Assembly (NCBI GenBank): GCA_963840855.1
Contig: CAWJBB010000016.1
Span: forward strand, 1 to 56,980
Length of the DNA stretch: 56,980 nucleotides
Direction of reading: 5' to 3'
Source: an uncultured delta proteobacterium
GTDB taxonomy: Bacteria; Desulfobacterota; Binatia; UBA9968
The translations under genes were made by a program, and so were the position numbers. Below, one piece after another: positions 39,688 through 49,732 of the stretch. Within the stretch, counting starts at the first letter, position 1. Each line of letters begins with the position of its first letter. Below the pieces are notes generated by a model. That model was given only the letters and a program-made list of their open reading frames with translations. It was not told the DNA's origin and did not search any database.

Positions 39688-40173
39688 ATGCCGAATCAAA
39701 AAGACCACGAACGCGCATTGGAACTCGTCCAGCGAGGTATGAACCATCAGATGGCCGAGGAATTCAATGAAGCAATTCGCCTGTACAAGGAATCCATCGC
39801 CATCTGTCCCACCGCCGATGCGCACACTTATCTGGGCTGGGCTTATAGCTTTCAAGGCAGGATCGACGACGCCATCGCTCAGTGTGAGATCGCCATTCAA
39901 CTCGATCCCGAATTCGGTAATCCCTACAACGATATCGGCGTGTACTTGATGCAGCAGCAAAAACTCGACGAAGCGATCCCCTGGCTGGAGAGAGCCAAGC
40001 TCGCCAAGCGCTACGAACCTCGCCATTTTCCCTACATCAATTTGGGCCGAGTCTATCTCACTAAAGGTATGGTCAATAAGGCGCTGGAAGAGTTCCGCGG
40101 CGCCCTGGATCGAAATCCCGAAGTTACCGACCTCGCTCAGCTGATCGAAGATCTGGAATCCAAACTACAGTAG
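39688..40173 (+). CDS. Tetratricopeptide repeat protein
   Basis: AHTYLGWAY, DPEFGNPYNDIG, PYINLGRVY TPR repeats. Confidence 0.85.
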   Translation: MPNQKDHERALELVQRGMNHQMAEEFNEAIRLYKESIAICPTADAHTYLGWAYSFQGRIDDAIAQCEIAIQLDPEFGNPYNDIGVYLMQQQKLDEAIPWLERAKLAKRYEPRHFPYINLGRVYLTKGMVNKALEEFRGALDRNPEVTDLAQLIEDLESKLQ

Positions 40174-40178
40174 CAGCT

Positions 40179-40231
40179 CAGCGGCCGTTCAATTCGTTCA
40201 AAAAGTTCCAATCGTTCAAAACGTTTTGAAC
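40179..40231. repeat. 9-bp tandem repeat element (CGTTCAANN)
   Basis: CGTTCAATT CGTTCAAAA AGTTCCAAT CGTTCAAAA CGTTTTGAAC. Confidence 0.7.
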
Positions 40232-40309
40232 CCCGTTTGATAGCCCGCTCGAAGCTCACTCGCTCACACGCTGTCGTGGGTTTGTGTCGACGCGGTAAAG
40301 TCATCCGGG

Positions 40310-41629
40310 TTAGGTTTCGCCGATGGCGGCGTCGAAGATCGCGACGGCGCGGTCGGCTTGCCCTTTTTTTACGATCAACGGCGGGCAGAAACGCATTGTG
40401 CTCTCGCCGCAGCTCAAAAGCAGCAAGCCTTTTTCAAAGCATTTTTGCATGATTTTATCTCGGAGTTTTGCATCCGGCGCGCCGTCCGGGCCGGGCGTGG
40501 CAAACTCGACGCCGATCATGAGACCCAGTCCGCGCACATCGCTGAGCACCGGATGTTTGGCTTTCAGTTGGGTGAGTTGCTCCTTCAGATAAGCGCCCAC
40601 CTCGGCGGCGTTGGCCACCAGCCCGTCTTCGATCACCGCAATCGTCGCCAGCGCTGCCGCGCAGGCCACCGGATTGCCGCCGAAGGTGCTGCCATGACTG
40701 CCGCGCGTCCAGGTGCTGATCTCTGCGCGCGCGATCATGGCGCCCAGGGGCATGCCGCTGGCGATGCCTTTGGCGGCGCAGAGAATGTCCGGCTCGATGC
40801 CCCAGTGCTCGCAAGCGAACATCTTGCCCGTGCGCCCGAAGCCGGACTGAATCTCGTCGGCCACGAGCAGAATGCCGTGACGCCGGCAGAGTTCCTCAAG
40901 CATCGGCAAATACTCCGGCGGCGGCACTATGTAGCCGCCTTCGCCCTGCACCGGCTCGACAAAAATCGCCGCGACTTCGCTGGGGGCAACTTCATGGCGG
41001 AAGAGAATTTTCTCCAGATCGCTCACGCAGGCGATGCCGCAAGAGCCGTAGTTCAGATGATAAGGACAGCGCCGGCAAAAACCGTAGGGCACATGATGGA
41101 CCCCCGGCAGGAGCGGCCCAAAATGCGCGCGCTGCGACGACCGGCTGGCTGTGAGCGAAAGCGAACCCATTGACCGCCCGTGGAACGATCCATGAAACGC
41201 GATGATATGTTGCCGTTTGGTGTGGTAACGGGCGAGCTTGATGGCGGCCTCGATGGTTTCCGTGCCGGAATTGGTGAGGAAAACTTTTTTGGCGCCGCCG
41301 CCGGGAGCGAGCCGGGCGAGTTGTGCGACCAACACGGCCATCGGCTCGTAGTAAAAATCGCTGCCGCAAATATGCAGAAACTTGCGCGCCTGTTCTTCAA
41401 TCGCTTTGACGACCTTGGGATGAGCGTGGCCCGTGCTGGCCACGGCGATGCCGGCCATGAAGTCGAGAAACAGATTGCCATCGACGTCTTCGATGACCAT
41501 GCCGCGCCCTTCTTTGACGACCAACGGATAGACGCGGCCGTAGGCGGGAGCAGAGTAGCGCTCGTCTTTCTCGATGATCGCCCTGGCTTTCGGTCCGGGG
41601 AGCGATGTTTTGATATTGGGTACATTCAT
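40310..41629 (-). CDS. Class III PLP aminotransferase (4-aminobutyrate/acetylornithine aminotransferase family)
   Basis: NSGTE, FHGR, EPVQGEGG, DEIQSGFGRTG, AKG, STFGGNP. Confidence 0.9.
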   Translation of the reverse strand: MNVPNIKTSLPGPKARAIIEKDERYSAPAYGRVYPLVVKEGRGMVIEDVDGNLFLDFMAGIAVASTGHAHPKVVKAIEEQARKFLHICGSDFYYEPMAVLVAQLARLAPGGGAKKVFLTNSGTETIEAAIKLARYHTKRQHIIAFHGSFHGRSMGSLSLTASRSSQRAHFGPLLPGVHHVPYGFCRRCPYHLNYGSCGIACVSDLEKILFRHEVAPSEVAAIFVEPVQGEGGYIVPPPEYLPMLEELCRRHGILLVADEIQSGFGRTGKMFACEHWGIEPDILCAAKGIASGMPLGAMIARAEISTWTRGSHGSTFGGNPVACAAALATIAVIEDGLVANAAEVGAYLKEQLTQLKAKHPVLSDVRGLGLMIGVEFATPGPDGAPDAKLRDKIMQKCFEKGLLLLSCGESTMRFCPPLIVKKGQADRAVAIFDAAIGET

Positions 41630-41640
41630 AATGTGGTCGC

Positions 41641-41723
41641 CAGTTTCTAGTTTCTGTTTTCTAATTCCTAGTTTCCAGATTGAGGATTCCCAACCAGAAA
41701 CAAAAAACTAGGAACCACAAACT
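41641..41723. repeat. TAGTTTC-type heptamer inverted-repeat element
   Basis: CAGTTTC TAGTTTC TGTTTTC TAATTCC TAGTTTC ... CCAGAAA CAAAAAA CTAGGAA CCACAAA. Confidence 0.7.
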
Positions 41724-41730
41724 TTGTCAA

Positions 41731-43221
41731 TTATTCCGCGTTATCGATCTGTGCCTTTTGCAGCTTGCCCGAGTAATCGACGTAGATCGCTTTCCACTCG
41801 CTAAAAATATCATATACGGTCGTGCCGGCTTCGCGGTGGCCGTTACCGGTGTCCTTGACGCCGCCGAAGGGCAGATGGACCTCGGCGCCGATGGTGGGGC
41901 CGTTGATATAGGTGATGCCCGCCTCGATGTCGCGCATAGCGCGAAACGCTCGCCCGACATCGGCAGTGTAGATCGCGCTTGAGAGCCCGTAGGCCGTGCC
42001 ATTGAGGACATCGATGGCCTCTTCGAAACTCTTCACTTCGATGATCGACAACACCGGGCCGAATATCTCCTCCTGCGCGATGCGCATCCTGGGCGTCACC
42101 TGATCGAAGATCGTCGGCTGGAAAAACCAGCCGTCTTTGCAATTGCCCTGGTCGTAGACGGCTCCACCCATAACCAGTCTAGCGCCCTCGTCTTTACCGA
42201 TCTTGATATAACGCTCGACTTTATCCCGCGCGGCTTGATTGATCAGCGGACCCATCTCGACGCTCTCGTCGAGACCATCGCCGATCGTGATTTTCTCGGC
42301 CCGCGCCACCAGCATATCCGTCATCTTCTTTTTGACGTCGCGATGGAGAATCAAACGGCTGGTGGCCGTGCAGCGCTGGCCGGTGGTGCCGAAGGCGCCC
42401 CACAGCGCGCCTTCCAAAGCCAATTCCAGATCCGCGTCATCCATCACGATCTGGGCATTCTTGCCGCCAAGCTCCAGGGAGACTCGTTTCAAGCTCCGGC
42501 CGCACACCGAGGCGATCTCCCGGCCCACGGCGGCGGATCCGGTAAACGAGACCAGCCTTACCTCCGGGTGGCGCACCAGCGCCGCGCCCACTTCTTCGCC
42601 GCGGCCATGAATCAGATTGACGACTCCCGGAGGCACTCCGGCTGCGTCGAGGATTTCGAGAAACTTGACCGCCGTGTGCGGCGTGTCTTCGGCGGGTTTT
42701 AAGATCACCGTATTGCCGCAGAGCAGCGCCGGAAATAGTTTCCACGTCGGAATCGCCAGCGGAAAATTCCACGGCGTGATCAGCGCGCAGACGCCGACGG
42801 GCGCGCGCACCGACATGGCGAATTTATCGGGAAGCTCCGAAGGCGTGGTTTCGCCAAAGAGCCGGCGTCCTTCGCCGGCGTTATAGAACGCGCAGTCGAT
42901 GCCCTCTTGAACGTCGCCGCGGGTCTCTTTGAGAACCTTACCCATCTCCCGCGTCTCAACGCGCGCCAGCTCTTCCTTGTGTTTTTTCAGCAGCTCGCCG
43001 GCGCGGTAGAGCAGCTCGCCGCGCTTCGGCGCCGGCACGAGACGCCAGCTCGCGAAGGCTTTCTTCGCGGCCTCCACCGCGTCGTCCACGTCCCCCTGTC
43101 CCGACGCCGGAAAGAGTCCGATCAAATCGTTGCGGTTCGCGGGGTTGCGGTTTTCGAAAGTCTTACCCGTTTGCGCCGAACGCCATTTACCGTCTATGTA
43201 ATTTTTGAATTGCTCGGCCAT
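41731..43221 (-). CDS. NAD(P)-dependent aldehyde dehydrogenase
   Basis: PWNFP, FTGS, ELGGKN, GQRCTA, EEIFGPV, PFGG. Confidence 0.95.
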   Translation of the reverse strand: MAEQFKNYIDGKWRSAQTGKTFENRNPANRNDLIGLFPASGQGDVDDAVEAAKKAFASWRLVPAPKRGELLYRAGELLKKHKEELARVETREMGKVLKETRGDVQEGIDCAFYNAGEGRRLFGETTPSELPDKFAMSVRAPVGVCALITPWNFPLAIPTWKLFPALLCGNTVILKPAEDTPHTAVKFLEILDAAGVPPGVVNLIHGRGEEVGAALVRHPEVRLVSFTGSAAVGREIASVCGRSLKRVSLELGGKNAQIVMDDADLELALEGALWGAFGTTGQRCTATSRLILHRDVKKKMTDMLVARAEKITIGDGLDESVEMGPLINQAARDKVERYIKIGKDEGARLVMGGAVYDQGNCKDGWFFQPTIFDQVTPRMRIAQEEIFGPVLSIIEVKSFEEAIDVLNGTAYGLSSAIYTADVGRAFRAMRDIEAGITYINGPTIGAEVHLPFGGVKDTGNGHREAGTTVYDIFSEWKAIYVDYSGKLQKAQIDNAE

Positions 43222-43480
43222 AAACCAGCCTCCTCGCCGCAGTGATTCGAATACAGTCTCACGCCGGCGGCGCTAATTCACACTGACATTGTAAATGCCA
43301 AGGCGCGCGAACACAACGTAATAGTGACGCCGACGGCATGCGTGCTCCCGGCGTTTTCCTACTGTCCTTTTCGTTGATTTTTCCAAATCAATCGTATAGC
43401 GTCTGGCAGCCTTTCAAGGCCGGGAATCTAACCCTTAGGTTCGGCGCCAACGGTTCGCTCCCGATAAGGAGTCAAACATC

Positions 43481-45040
43481 ATGTTGGAAATGTTGAATGC
43501 CCTGATCTCAGGCTTCTTTCAAGTTTTTAGTTGGTCCACCTTTAGTTTGATGTGTATCGGCATCGCAGTCGGCTTTGTCGTCGGCATCTTGCCGGGCCTC
43601 GGCGGGCCCACCGCTATGGCGTTGATGCTGCCGTTTATTTTCAAGATGTCAGCCACCGAGGCCTTTGCCTTCCTTTTGGGCATGACCGCCGTGACGGCGA
43701 CGACGGGCGATATCACCTCCATTTTGTTTGGCGTGCCAGGTGAGCCGACCACCGCATCGACAATCGTCGACGGCCACGCTATGGCGCGGAACGGTGAGGC
43801 CGGCAGAGCGCTGGGTGCCGTCCTGATGAGTTCCCTCGTGGGCGCGGTCTTCGGTGCTATTGCCCTTGCCGTTGCCATACCTGTAATCCGGCCGATAGTT
43901 CTCACTTTCGGCTCTCCCGAATTCTTCATGCTCTCGCTCCTGGGCATTACCTTCGTCGCTTCGCTAAGCGGCGAGGATCAGCTCAAGGGTATCATCTCCG
44001 GCGGCATAGGATTGATGCTCGCCACCATCGGGCTCGATCCCATATCCGGTATCCAGCGTTACACCTTTGGGCAGCTTTTCCTGTGGGACGGCATCGGTCT
44101 CGTTCCCATTACGATTGGATTCTACGCGATTCCCGAGACCATCGAGCTGGCGGTATTAGGGACCAGTATCGCGACGCAGGAAGTGGGAAAACTCGGCGGC
44201 GTCATGCAGGGTGTTAAGGATACGTTTCGCCATTGGTGGCTGGTTATCCGCTGCAGCGCCCTCGGTACATTCATTGCTATCATTCCTGGCATGGGCGCGG
44301 CCACGACCCAATGGCTCTCCTATGCCCACGCGGTACAGAGTTCGCCGAACAAGGAGCGCTTTGGCAAAGGCGCCGTAGAGGGCGTGCTGGGTCCGGGCGC
44401 GGCCAACAACTCGACACTGGGGGGAAGCTTGATCACAACCATCGCCTTCGGCGTGCCCGCAAGCGTGATCATGGCGATCCTGCTCGGCGCCTTTATCATC
44501 CAAGGCATCGTCCCCGGTCCCGACATGCTGCTCCCGCCACCGAAGGGTAAGCTGGATCTCACTTTCTCATTTGTTTGGGTTATCATCATATCCAACGCGA
44601 TCACGGTGGCGGTCTGCTTTCTCTTCTTAGAACCCCTGGCCAAAGTGACCCAGGTACGCGGCGGGATCATTATTCCCATCATCCTGGTGTTGATCTACCT
44701 AGGCGCCTTTGCCGAGAAAAATGCTTTCGAGGACATGCTCGTCGTCCTCTTCTTCGGCGGTCTTGGCTGGGTCATGGAAAAGATGGAATGGCCGCGCCCG
44801 CCGGTTCTACTCGGTCTCGTCCTAGGGCCGCTAGCCGAGAACAGGCTTTTCTTATCCACCGATAACTACGGCACCAGTTGGCTTTGGCGTCCGGGCGTGC
44901 TGACCATTTTTGCCATCACCATGATCGGCATTGTCTATCCCATCATCAAACAGAAACGGGACGCGAAGCGACGATTGGCTTCAGAGCCCCAATCTCAAGC
45001 CACCGTTGAGCGCGCCTCGACAACACAGTCTGCGATTTGA
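43481..45040 (+). CDS. tctA: Tripartite tricarboxylate transporter large subunit TctA
   Basis: GILPGLG, VPGEP, DGHAMA..GEAGRAL, GSPEF, RFGKG..EG, AANN, GIVPGP; SD AAGGAG. Confidence 0.9.
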   Translation: MLEMLNALISGFFQVFSWSTFSLMCIGIAVGFVVGILPGLGGPTAMALMLPFIFKMSATEAFAFLLGMTAVTATTGDITSILFGVPGEPTTASTIVDGHAMARNGEAGRALGAVLMSSLVGAVFGAIALAVAIPVIRPIVLTFGSPEFFMLSLLGITFVASLSGEDQLKGIISGGIGLMLATIGLDPISGIQRYTFGQLFLWDGIGLVPITIGFYAIPETIELAVLGTSIATQEVGKLGGVMQGVKDTFRHWWLVIRCSALGTFIAIIPGMGAATTQWLSYAHAVQSSPNKERFGKGAVEGVLGPGAANNSTLGGSLITTIAFGVPASVIMAILLGAFIIQGIVPGPDMLLPPPKGKLDLTFSFVWVIIISNAITVAVCFLFLEPLAKVTQVRGGIIIPIILVLIYLGAFAEKNAFEDMLVVLFFGGLGWVMEKMEWPRPPVLLGLVLGPLAENRLFLSTDNYGTSWLWRPGVLTIFAITMIGIVYPIIKQKRDAKRRLASEPQSQATVERASTTQSAI

Positions 45041-45512
45041 TTCAAAGGCGCTCTTTAGTGTAGTTGTCGTGGTTCTTGTCGCCTTGGCGCTCTGGCAGAG
45101 CCGGAATTTTGGTTTTCGCGCCGGCCTTTTTCCCTGGGCCATTGGCATACCGACCCTGGTACTCGCCCTGCTCCAGCTCAGCAAGGACGTTACGGGACGC
45201 AAAAAACCCCAAGCCACCGCCGCTACTTGGGAAGCCGCACTTGACGTTACGCCCCACTTGGCGACTCGTCGGACGCTCACGATCATCGGTTGGACGATTG
45301 GTTTCTTTGTTATGATCTGGTTACTGGGCTTTGCCTATGCGGTGCCCGTGGTGATGATTCTCTATCTCAAATTTGCCGGTCGAGAAAAATGGCCGATGAC
45401 GCTGATTGTGACATTCTTTACCTGGCTCTTTTTCCACGGACTGTTTGAACGAGCACTGAACGTACCGTTCCCGGAAGGTTTGCTCATCGGTCTGTTTAAA
45501 GGACCGAGCTAA
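45021..45512 (+). CDS. tctB: TctB-like small membrane subunit, probably fused to TctA across a frameshift
   Basis: 4 TM; AGLFPWAIG, LLGF, LFERALNVPFPEG; no suitable start codon or SD. Confidence 0.7.
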   Translation, partial: QHSLRFDSKALFSVVVVVLVALALWQSRNFGFRAGLFPWAIGIPTLVLALLQLSKDVTGRKKPQATAATWEAALDVTPHLATRRTLTIIGWTIGFFVMIWLLGFAYAVPVVMILYLKFAGREKWPMTLIVTFFTWLFFHGLFERALNVPFPEGLLIGLFKGPS

Positions 45513-47797
45513 GCTTTCCTGAGCTCACGCCAGACTCTTTCCGGCGTGAGTGGCAAATCGTAAAGTCTCTTCCCCGTGGCGCGATAAACGGCGTTGCCGA
45601 TGGCCGGTGCGACGGGTAACAACCCACCCTCGCCGGTTCCCTTGGAACCAAAGGGGCCGGGGCCGTTGTGACTCTCCACCAGAATGGATTTATATTCCCT
45701 CGGCAGATGAACGAATCCCGGGACGCGGTAATCCACCAGGCCCGGATTGAGGAGCTGTCCGTCTTTATAGATCATTTCTTCGAGCAAGCTATGACCGATG
45801 GCGTTCATCACACCGCCTTCGTCCTGTCCTTCGCAAAGAATCGGATGAATCGCCTTGCCAACATCCGCCAGTGAGACGTACTTAACGAGCTTGATCTCAC
45901 CGCTGTCAGGATCGACTTCGACCTCCGCCGCGCCCCAACCGATTTCCCAAAATGTCGTCGGCGACCCCAGCGCGGCCTGCTTGGTTTTAATATCCTGGTA
46001 GGCGCCGCGCCCGATCATTTCACCGGCCTTCGATAGGAAAACTTTCTGCATCAGCTCCGTGAACGACAGACTTTGGCCTTTGGCGCCATGAATCTTGCCG
46101 CCGCTCAGCGTGAGCTTTTCCGGCTTCGTCTTTAACAGCTTCGCCGCATGGCGCAGCAGTTGCCCTTTCAAATCCTCGGCTGCGCGCTGGACGGACAATC
46201 CCATCACGACCATCGAGCTGCTGGCGTTGGTATTCACGTCATAGGGGGTGACATCGGTATCGAGCTGCGCCACGGTGACCGATTCAAACGGCACGTTCAA
46301 GACCTCGGCGACAATCTGGCTTAGCGCGGTGCGCGCGCCCTGGCCCACTTCCACGGTGCCGGTCAATAGAACGATGCTGCCATCGGCATTCATCTTCACC
46401 GCGGCGGAAGAAACCTTGTAAGTGCCGCCGCCGTCCTTCATGCAGACCGCCAGACCTTTGCCGCGGTGACGTTTCTTGCTCTTTTCGCGCCAACCGATTT
46501 CCTTCGCCGCGCGCAGCAAACCGGCCTTCAAATCGCAGTCTACCGGCGTATCCCCCGGCGTATAGAGCTCGCCTTTTCTCAAAAGATTTTTTAACCGAAA
46601 ATCGAGTGAATCGAGGCCGAGCCTTTCGGCGATGATATCCATTTGCGATTCATATGCCCATGTCACCTGGAGCGTACCGAAGCCACGGTACGCGCCCGCG
46701 GGCACGGTGTTGGTGTAGACGGTATAGGCGTCGGTTTTCATGTGCGCCAGACGGTAGGGGCCGAAACAACGATAACCCGCTTTCTGCGTGACGCGGGGGC
46801 CAGCGTCGGCATAGGCGCCGGTTTCCATGTGTATGACGCATTGGCGCGCCACCAACTTTCCGTCTTTGTTAACGCCGGTCTTAATCCGCACCCGCGCCGG
46901 ATGGCGCGTGACGGTTTTAAAACTTTCTTCGATGCTGTGCGCCAACCGCACGGGGCGCTTTGCTTTCCACGACAACGCCACGGCCAGCGGCTCGGTCTTC
47001 ACCGCCAGCTTGCCGCCGTACCCGCCGCCCAAATACGGGACAATGACGCGAATTTTGTTAAGCGGCAGGTGAAAAATATCGGCGAGGTGCTCGCGTAAGG
47101 TAAATGGCTCCTGCGTCCCGGCCCAGAGCGTGACACGGTCGCCCTCGACATGAGCCATGGTGGCATGAGGCTCCATGGAAAAATGTTGCACGCGCGGAAA
47201 CGTAAATACATCTTCAAAAACATAGTCCGCTTTTTTGAATCCCGCCGCGACATCACCCTTGGCGTAACTGAACCGGTAGCAGAGATTGGTTCCGGTGAAC
47301 TCCTTGGCCGGCTCATAGCGTTGACCCATCATCTCGCCGCCGCTGGAAGACGAATCGTGAACGAGCCGGGCGCCGGGCGCGAGGGCTTCATCTAAGTTCG
47401 TCACCGCCGGCAATTCTTCGTAGTCGACTTCGATCAAACCCAGCGCTTCCTCCGCCGTCGCCTCGTCGATCGCCGCCACCGCCGCCACCGGATCGCCGGC
47501 GTAGCGCACCTTGTCAACGGCAACGATGGTCTGGTCTTTGTATGCCGCGCCAAACATGCCGAGCCGGCGCTGATCCTCGCGCGTGATCACCGCAAAAACT
47601 CCCGGCAGATTTTCCGCCTTGCCGGCATCGACGCGCGTGATGCGCGCATGCGGAAATGGGCTACGCAAAATCTTGCCGTGGGCCATGCCCGGCAATTTGA
47701 CATCCACCGTGTAAATCGCCTTGCCGGTAACTTTTTCCGCGCCGTCCGAGCGCGGTTCCGCATGGCCGACGACGTTATACCGTTGCGCGCGTTTCAT
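45509..47797 (-). CDS. Xanthine dehydrogenase family molybdopterin-binding large subunit
   Basis: KVTGKAIY, RSPFPHA, GGGYGGK, AYRGFG, EVGQG, EGQDEGG, SKGTGE, LPLTPE. Confidence 0.9.
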   Translation of the reverse strand: MKRAQRYNVVGHAEPRSDGAEKVTGKAIYTVDVKLPGMAHGKILRSPFPHARITRVDAGKAENLPGVFAVITREDQRRLGMFGAAYKDQTIVAVDKVRYAGDPVAAVAAIDEATAEEALGLIEVDYEELPAVTNLDEALAPGARLVHDSSSSGGEMMGQRYEPAKEFTGTNLCYRFSYAKGDVAAGFKKADYVFEDVFTFPRVQHFSMEPHATMAHVEGDRVTLWAGTQEPFTLREHLADIFHLPLNKIRVIVPYLGGGYGGKLAVKTEPLAVALSWKAKRPVRLAHSIEESFKTVTRHPARVRIKTGVNKDGKLVARQCVIHMETGAYADAGPRVTQKAGYRCFGPYRLAHMKTDAYTVYTNTVPAGAYRGFGTLQVTWAYESQMDIIAERLGLDSLDFRLKNLLRKGELYTPGDTPVDCDLKAGLLRAAKEIGWREKSKKRHRGKGLAVCMKDGGGTYKVSSAAVKMNADGSIVLLTGTVEVGQGARTALSQIVAEVLNVPFESVTVAQLDTDVTPYDVNTNASSSMVVMGLSVQRAAEDLKGQLLRHAAKLLKTKPEKLTLSGGKIHGAKGQSLSFTELMQKVFLSKAGEMIGRGAYQDIKTKQAALGSPTTFWEIGWGAAEVEVDPDSGEIKLVKYVSLADVGKAIHPILCEGQDEGGVMNAIGHSLLEEMIYKDGQLLNPGLVDYRVPGFVHLPREYKSILVESHNGPGPFGSKGTGEGGLLPVAPAIGNAVYRATGKRLYDLPLTPERVWRELRKA

Positions 47798-47800
47798 TCC

Positions 47801-49114
47801 TCAACCTCGGTTTGCGAAATTTTTTCTAACCCATTCGATCGCTTCCTGGCGGCCACGGAGCTCGCCGCCGAGCTGCGCTTCCTCAACTTGCGCAAGGATC
47901 TGGCCAAAGACCGGTCCAGGGGTCAATCCCAACGCGATCAAATCCCGGCCGCGCACGAGCGGTTCCGGGTGGATATCTTCTTCTTCTAGCTCCCCGAGCT
48001 TCGCTTTGCAAAAATTATAATGGGTCAAGTCGCCGTTGGCGGCCAGCGCGTCGATGCGTGTGAGTTCCAACAGTTCGTCGATGGCGTCCTCGCCGAGAAA
48101 GCGTTTGAGCGTGCTGAGGCGCATGTTGGGCGCCTGGGTGTGGCGCAGGTGGCTGCGCACGAGATAGGAAACTCGTTCCCATGTATCCCGGCTGCGCTTG
48201 AGCCGCTGTAAGATCGCCTCGGCCATTTCCGCGCCCCGTTCCATGTGGCCATAGAACGTGATGCGCTCGCCTTCTCTGCGCACGCATACCGGCTTGGCGA
48301 CATCGTGCAGCAGGCAGCCGTAGGCCAGGGTCTCCGTGGGCGCTTTCAGCTGGCCGAGCAAAAGCAGCGTGTGCGCGAACACGTCGCCCTCGGGATGATA
48401 ATCGGGACTTTGTTCCACGCCCTTCATCGCGGCGATTTCCGGCAACACCGCTTCGAGGAGCCCTGTATCATTCAGAAGTTCGAATCCTCGCCGCGCTCCG
48501 CCCTCGGTTAAAATGCGCGTGATCTCGTCGCCGATTCGTTCCCAAGAAACCAGCGTCACCGTCGCCGCCAGCTCGCCGATCGCCGCCAGGGTTTTTCCCT
48601 CGACATTGAAATCCAAACTCGCGGCGAAGCGCACCGCGCGGATCATGCGCAAGCGGTCTTCTTCAAAGCGCGCGCGCGGCTCGCCGATGGCACGGATGAT
48701 GCCCGCCTGGAGGTCTTGCCGGCCGTTCACCAGATCGATGACGGCATCGTCCACCGGGTCATAGATCATCCCGTTGATGGTAAAGTCGCGGCGCAGCACG
48801 TCCTCGCGCAGGCTGCCGTAGCGCACGTGGCTGGGATGGCGGCCGTCCAAGTACGGCCCGTCGTGGCGAAAACTGGCGACTTCAAAAGACGTGCCGTCCA
48901 CCACGACGAGAATGACCCCGAACTGCGCCCCGACGGGAATCGTGTCGGGAAAAATTTTTGCGATCTCGCCCGGCTTCGCGCCGGTCGTGATGTCGTAATC
49001 CTGCGGCTCTTTGTTCAAGAGCATGTCGCGCACGCACCCGCCCGCGAGATAGCTCTCGTATCCCGCGGCGCGCAAACGGCGCACGATGGAAAGCGCTATT
49101 TCCTTGGCAGACAT
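47801..49114 (-). CDS. cca: CCA tRNA nucleotidyltransferase / poly(A) polymerase family with HD domain
   Basis: GGCVRD, DYD, RRDFTIN, EDRLRMIRAVRF, HPEGDV..H, LLHDVAKP. Confidence 0.85.
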   Translation of the reverse strand: MSAKEIALSIVRRLRAAGYESYLAGGCVRDMLLNKEPQDYDITTGAKPGEIAKIFPDTIPVGAQFGVILVVVDGTSFEVASFRHDGPYLDGRHPSHVRYGSLREDVLRRDFTINGMIYDPVDDAVIDLVNGRQDLQAGIIRAIGEPRARFEEDRLRMIRAVRFAASLDFNVEGKTLAAIGELAATVTLVSWERIGDEITRILTEGGARRGFELLNDTGLLEAVLPEIAAMKGVEQSPDYHPEGDVFAHTLLLLGQLKAPTETLAYGCLLHDVAKPVCVRREGERITFYGHMERGAEMAEAILQRLKRSRDTWERVSYLVRSHLRHTQAPNMRLSTLKRFLGEDAIDELLELTRIDALAANGDLTHYNFCKAKLGELEEEDIHPEPLVRGRDLIALGLTPGPVFGQILAQVEEAQLGGELRGRQEAIEWVRKNFANRG

Positions 49115-49118
49115 GAGT

Positions 49119-49213
49119 CAGTTCAATGTTCCGAGTTCAAGGTTCAAGTTTCGAACAAGGAACTTCGAGAACGAGACTGAAACCTTGAACTTTGAACGTT
49201 GAACCTTGAACTG
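49119..49213. repeat. GTTCAAN heptamer inverted-repeat element
   Basis: GTTCAAT GTTCCGA GTTCAAG GTTCAAG ... CTTGAAC TTTGAAC GTTGAAC CTTGAAC. Confidence 0.8.
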
Positions 49214-49269
49214 CATGCGTCGTGATTGATGCCGCAGCAAAATCGACGCCGGGGCGCGCCCGCGGACGA

Positions 49270-49650
49270 TTACGGGAGCAGCTCGCGCAATTTGTTTTGC
49301 AGCTCTTGAAAGGTAAAAGGTTTGACAATGTAGCCGCTGCAACCTGCTTCCAAGCAGCTTTGCAAGTCGGCTTCGCGGAAGAGCGCGGTGGTCGCCAGAA
49401 TCGGAATGCCTTTGGTTACTGGGTTTTCCTTGAGGGCCCGCGCCGCCTCCCGTCCATCCATCGACGGCATCATAATATCCAGAAGAATAAGCGCCGGCTT
49501 TTCAATAACCGCCTTCTCCAGTCCCTCTTTGGCGTGACTCGCCTCCACCGGCTTATAGCCCATCAGTTGAATCTGCCAGACCAGCAGTTCTCGCATATCG
49601 GGATGATCTTCAACGATGAGAACCGTTTTAGGGAGAACCTTCTCGCTCAT
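49270..49650 (-). CDS. Single-domain response regulator (CheY/DivK-like)
   Basis: IVEDH, LDIMMP, ATTA, VKP. Confidence 0.9.
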   Translation of the reverse strand: MSEKVLPKTVLIVEDHPDMRELLVWQIQLMGYKPVEASHAKEGLEKAVIEKPALILLDIMMPSMDGREAARALKENPVTKGIPILATTALFREADLQSCLEAGCSGYIVKPFTFQELQNKLRELLP

Positions 49651-49732
49651 ATTAGTTACTATTGTAGACGAAGAGGCTACCACAAGGAAGTCGCGAAGCA
49701 AAGATTATGCGACGCCTTCTGCCTCTGTCGGG

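Noticed and set aside
43374-43391. FNR box upstream of tctA
   Set aside because: TTGAT-N8-ATCAA has the wrong spacing for FNR (N4); it might be another operator but is unsupported
16836-45512. Programmed frameshifting as a common explanation for the secD, polB-end and tctA/B anomalies
   Set aside because: No shared slippery motif or stimulatory structure seen; three single-base anomalies in 57 kb are explained more simply by assembly indels until reads are checked
45509-47797. Aerobic CO dehydrogenase CoxL
   Set aside because: Loop is AYRGFG, not AYxCSFR (form I) or AYRGAGR (form II), and coxM/coxS are not adjacent
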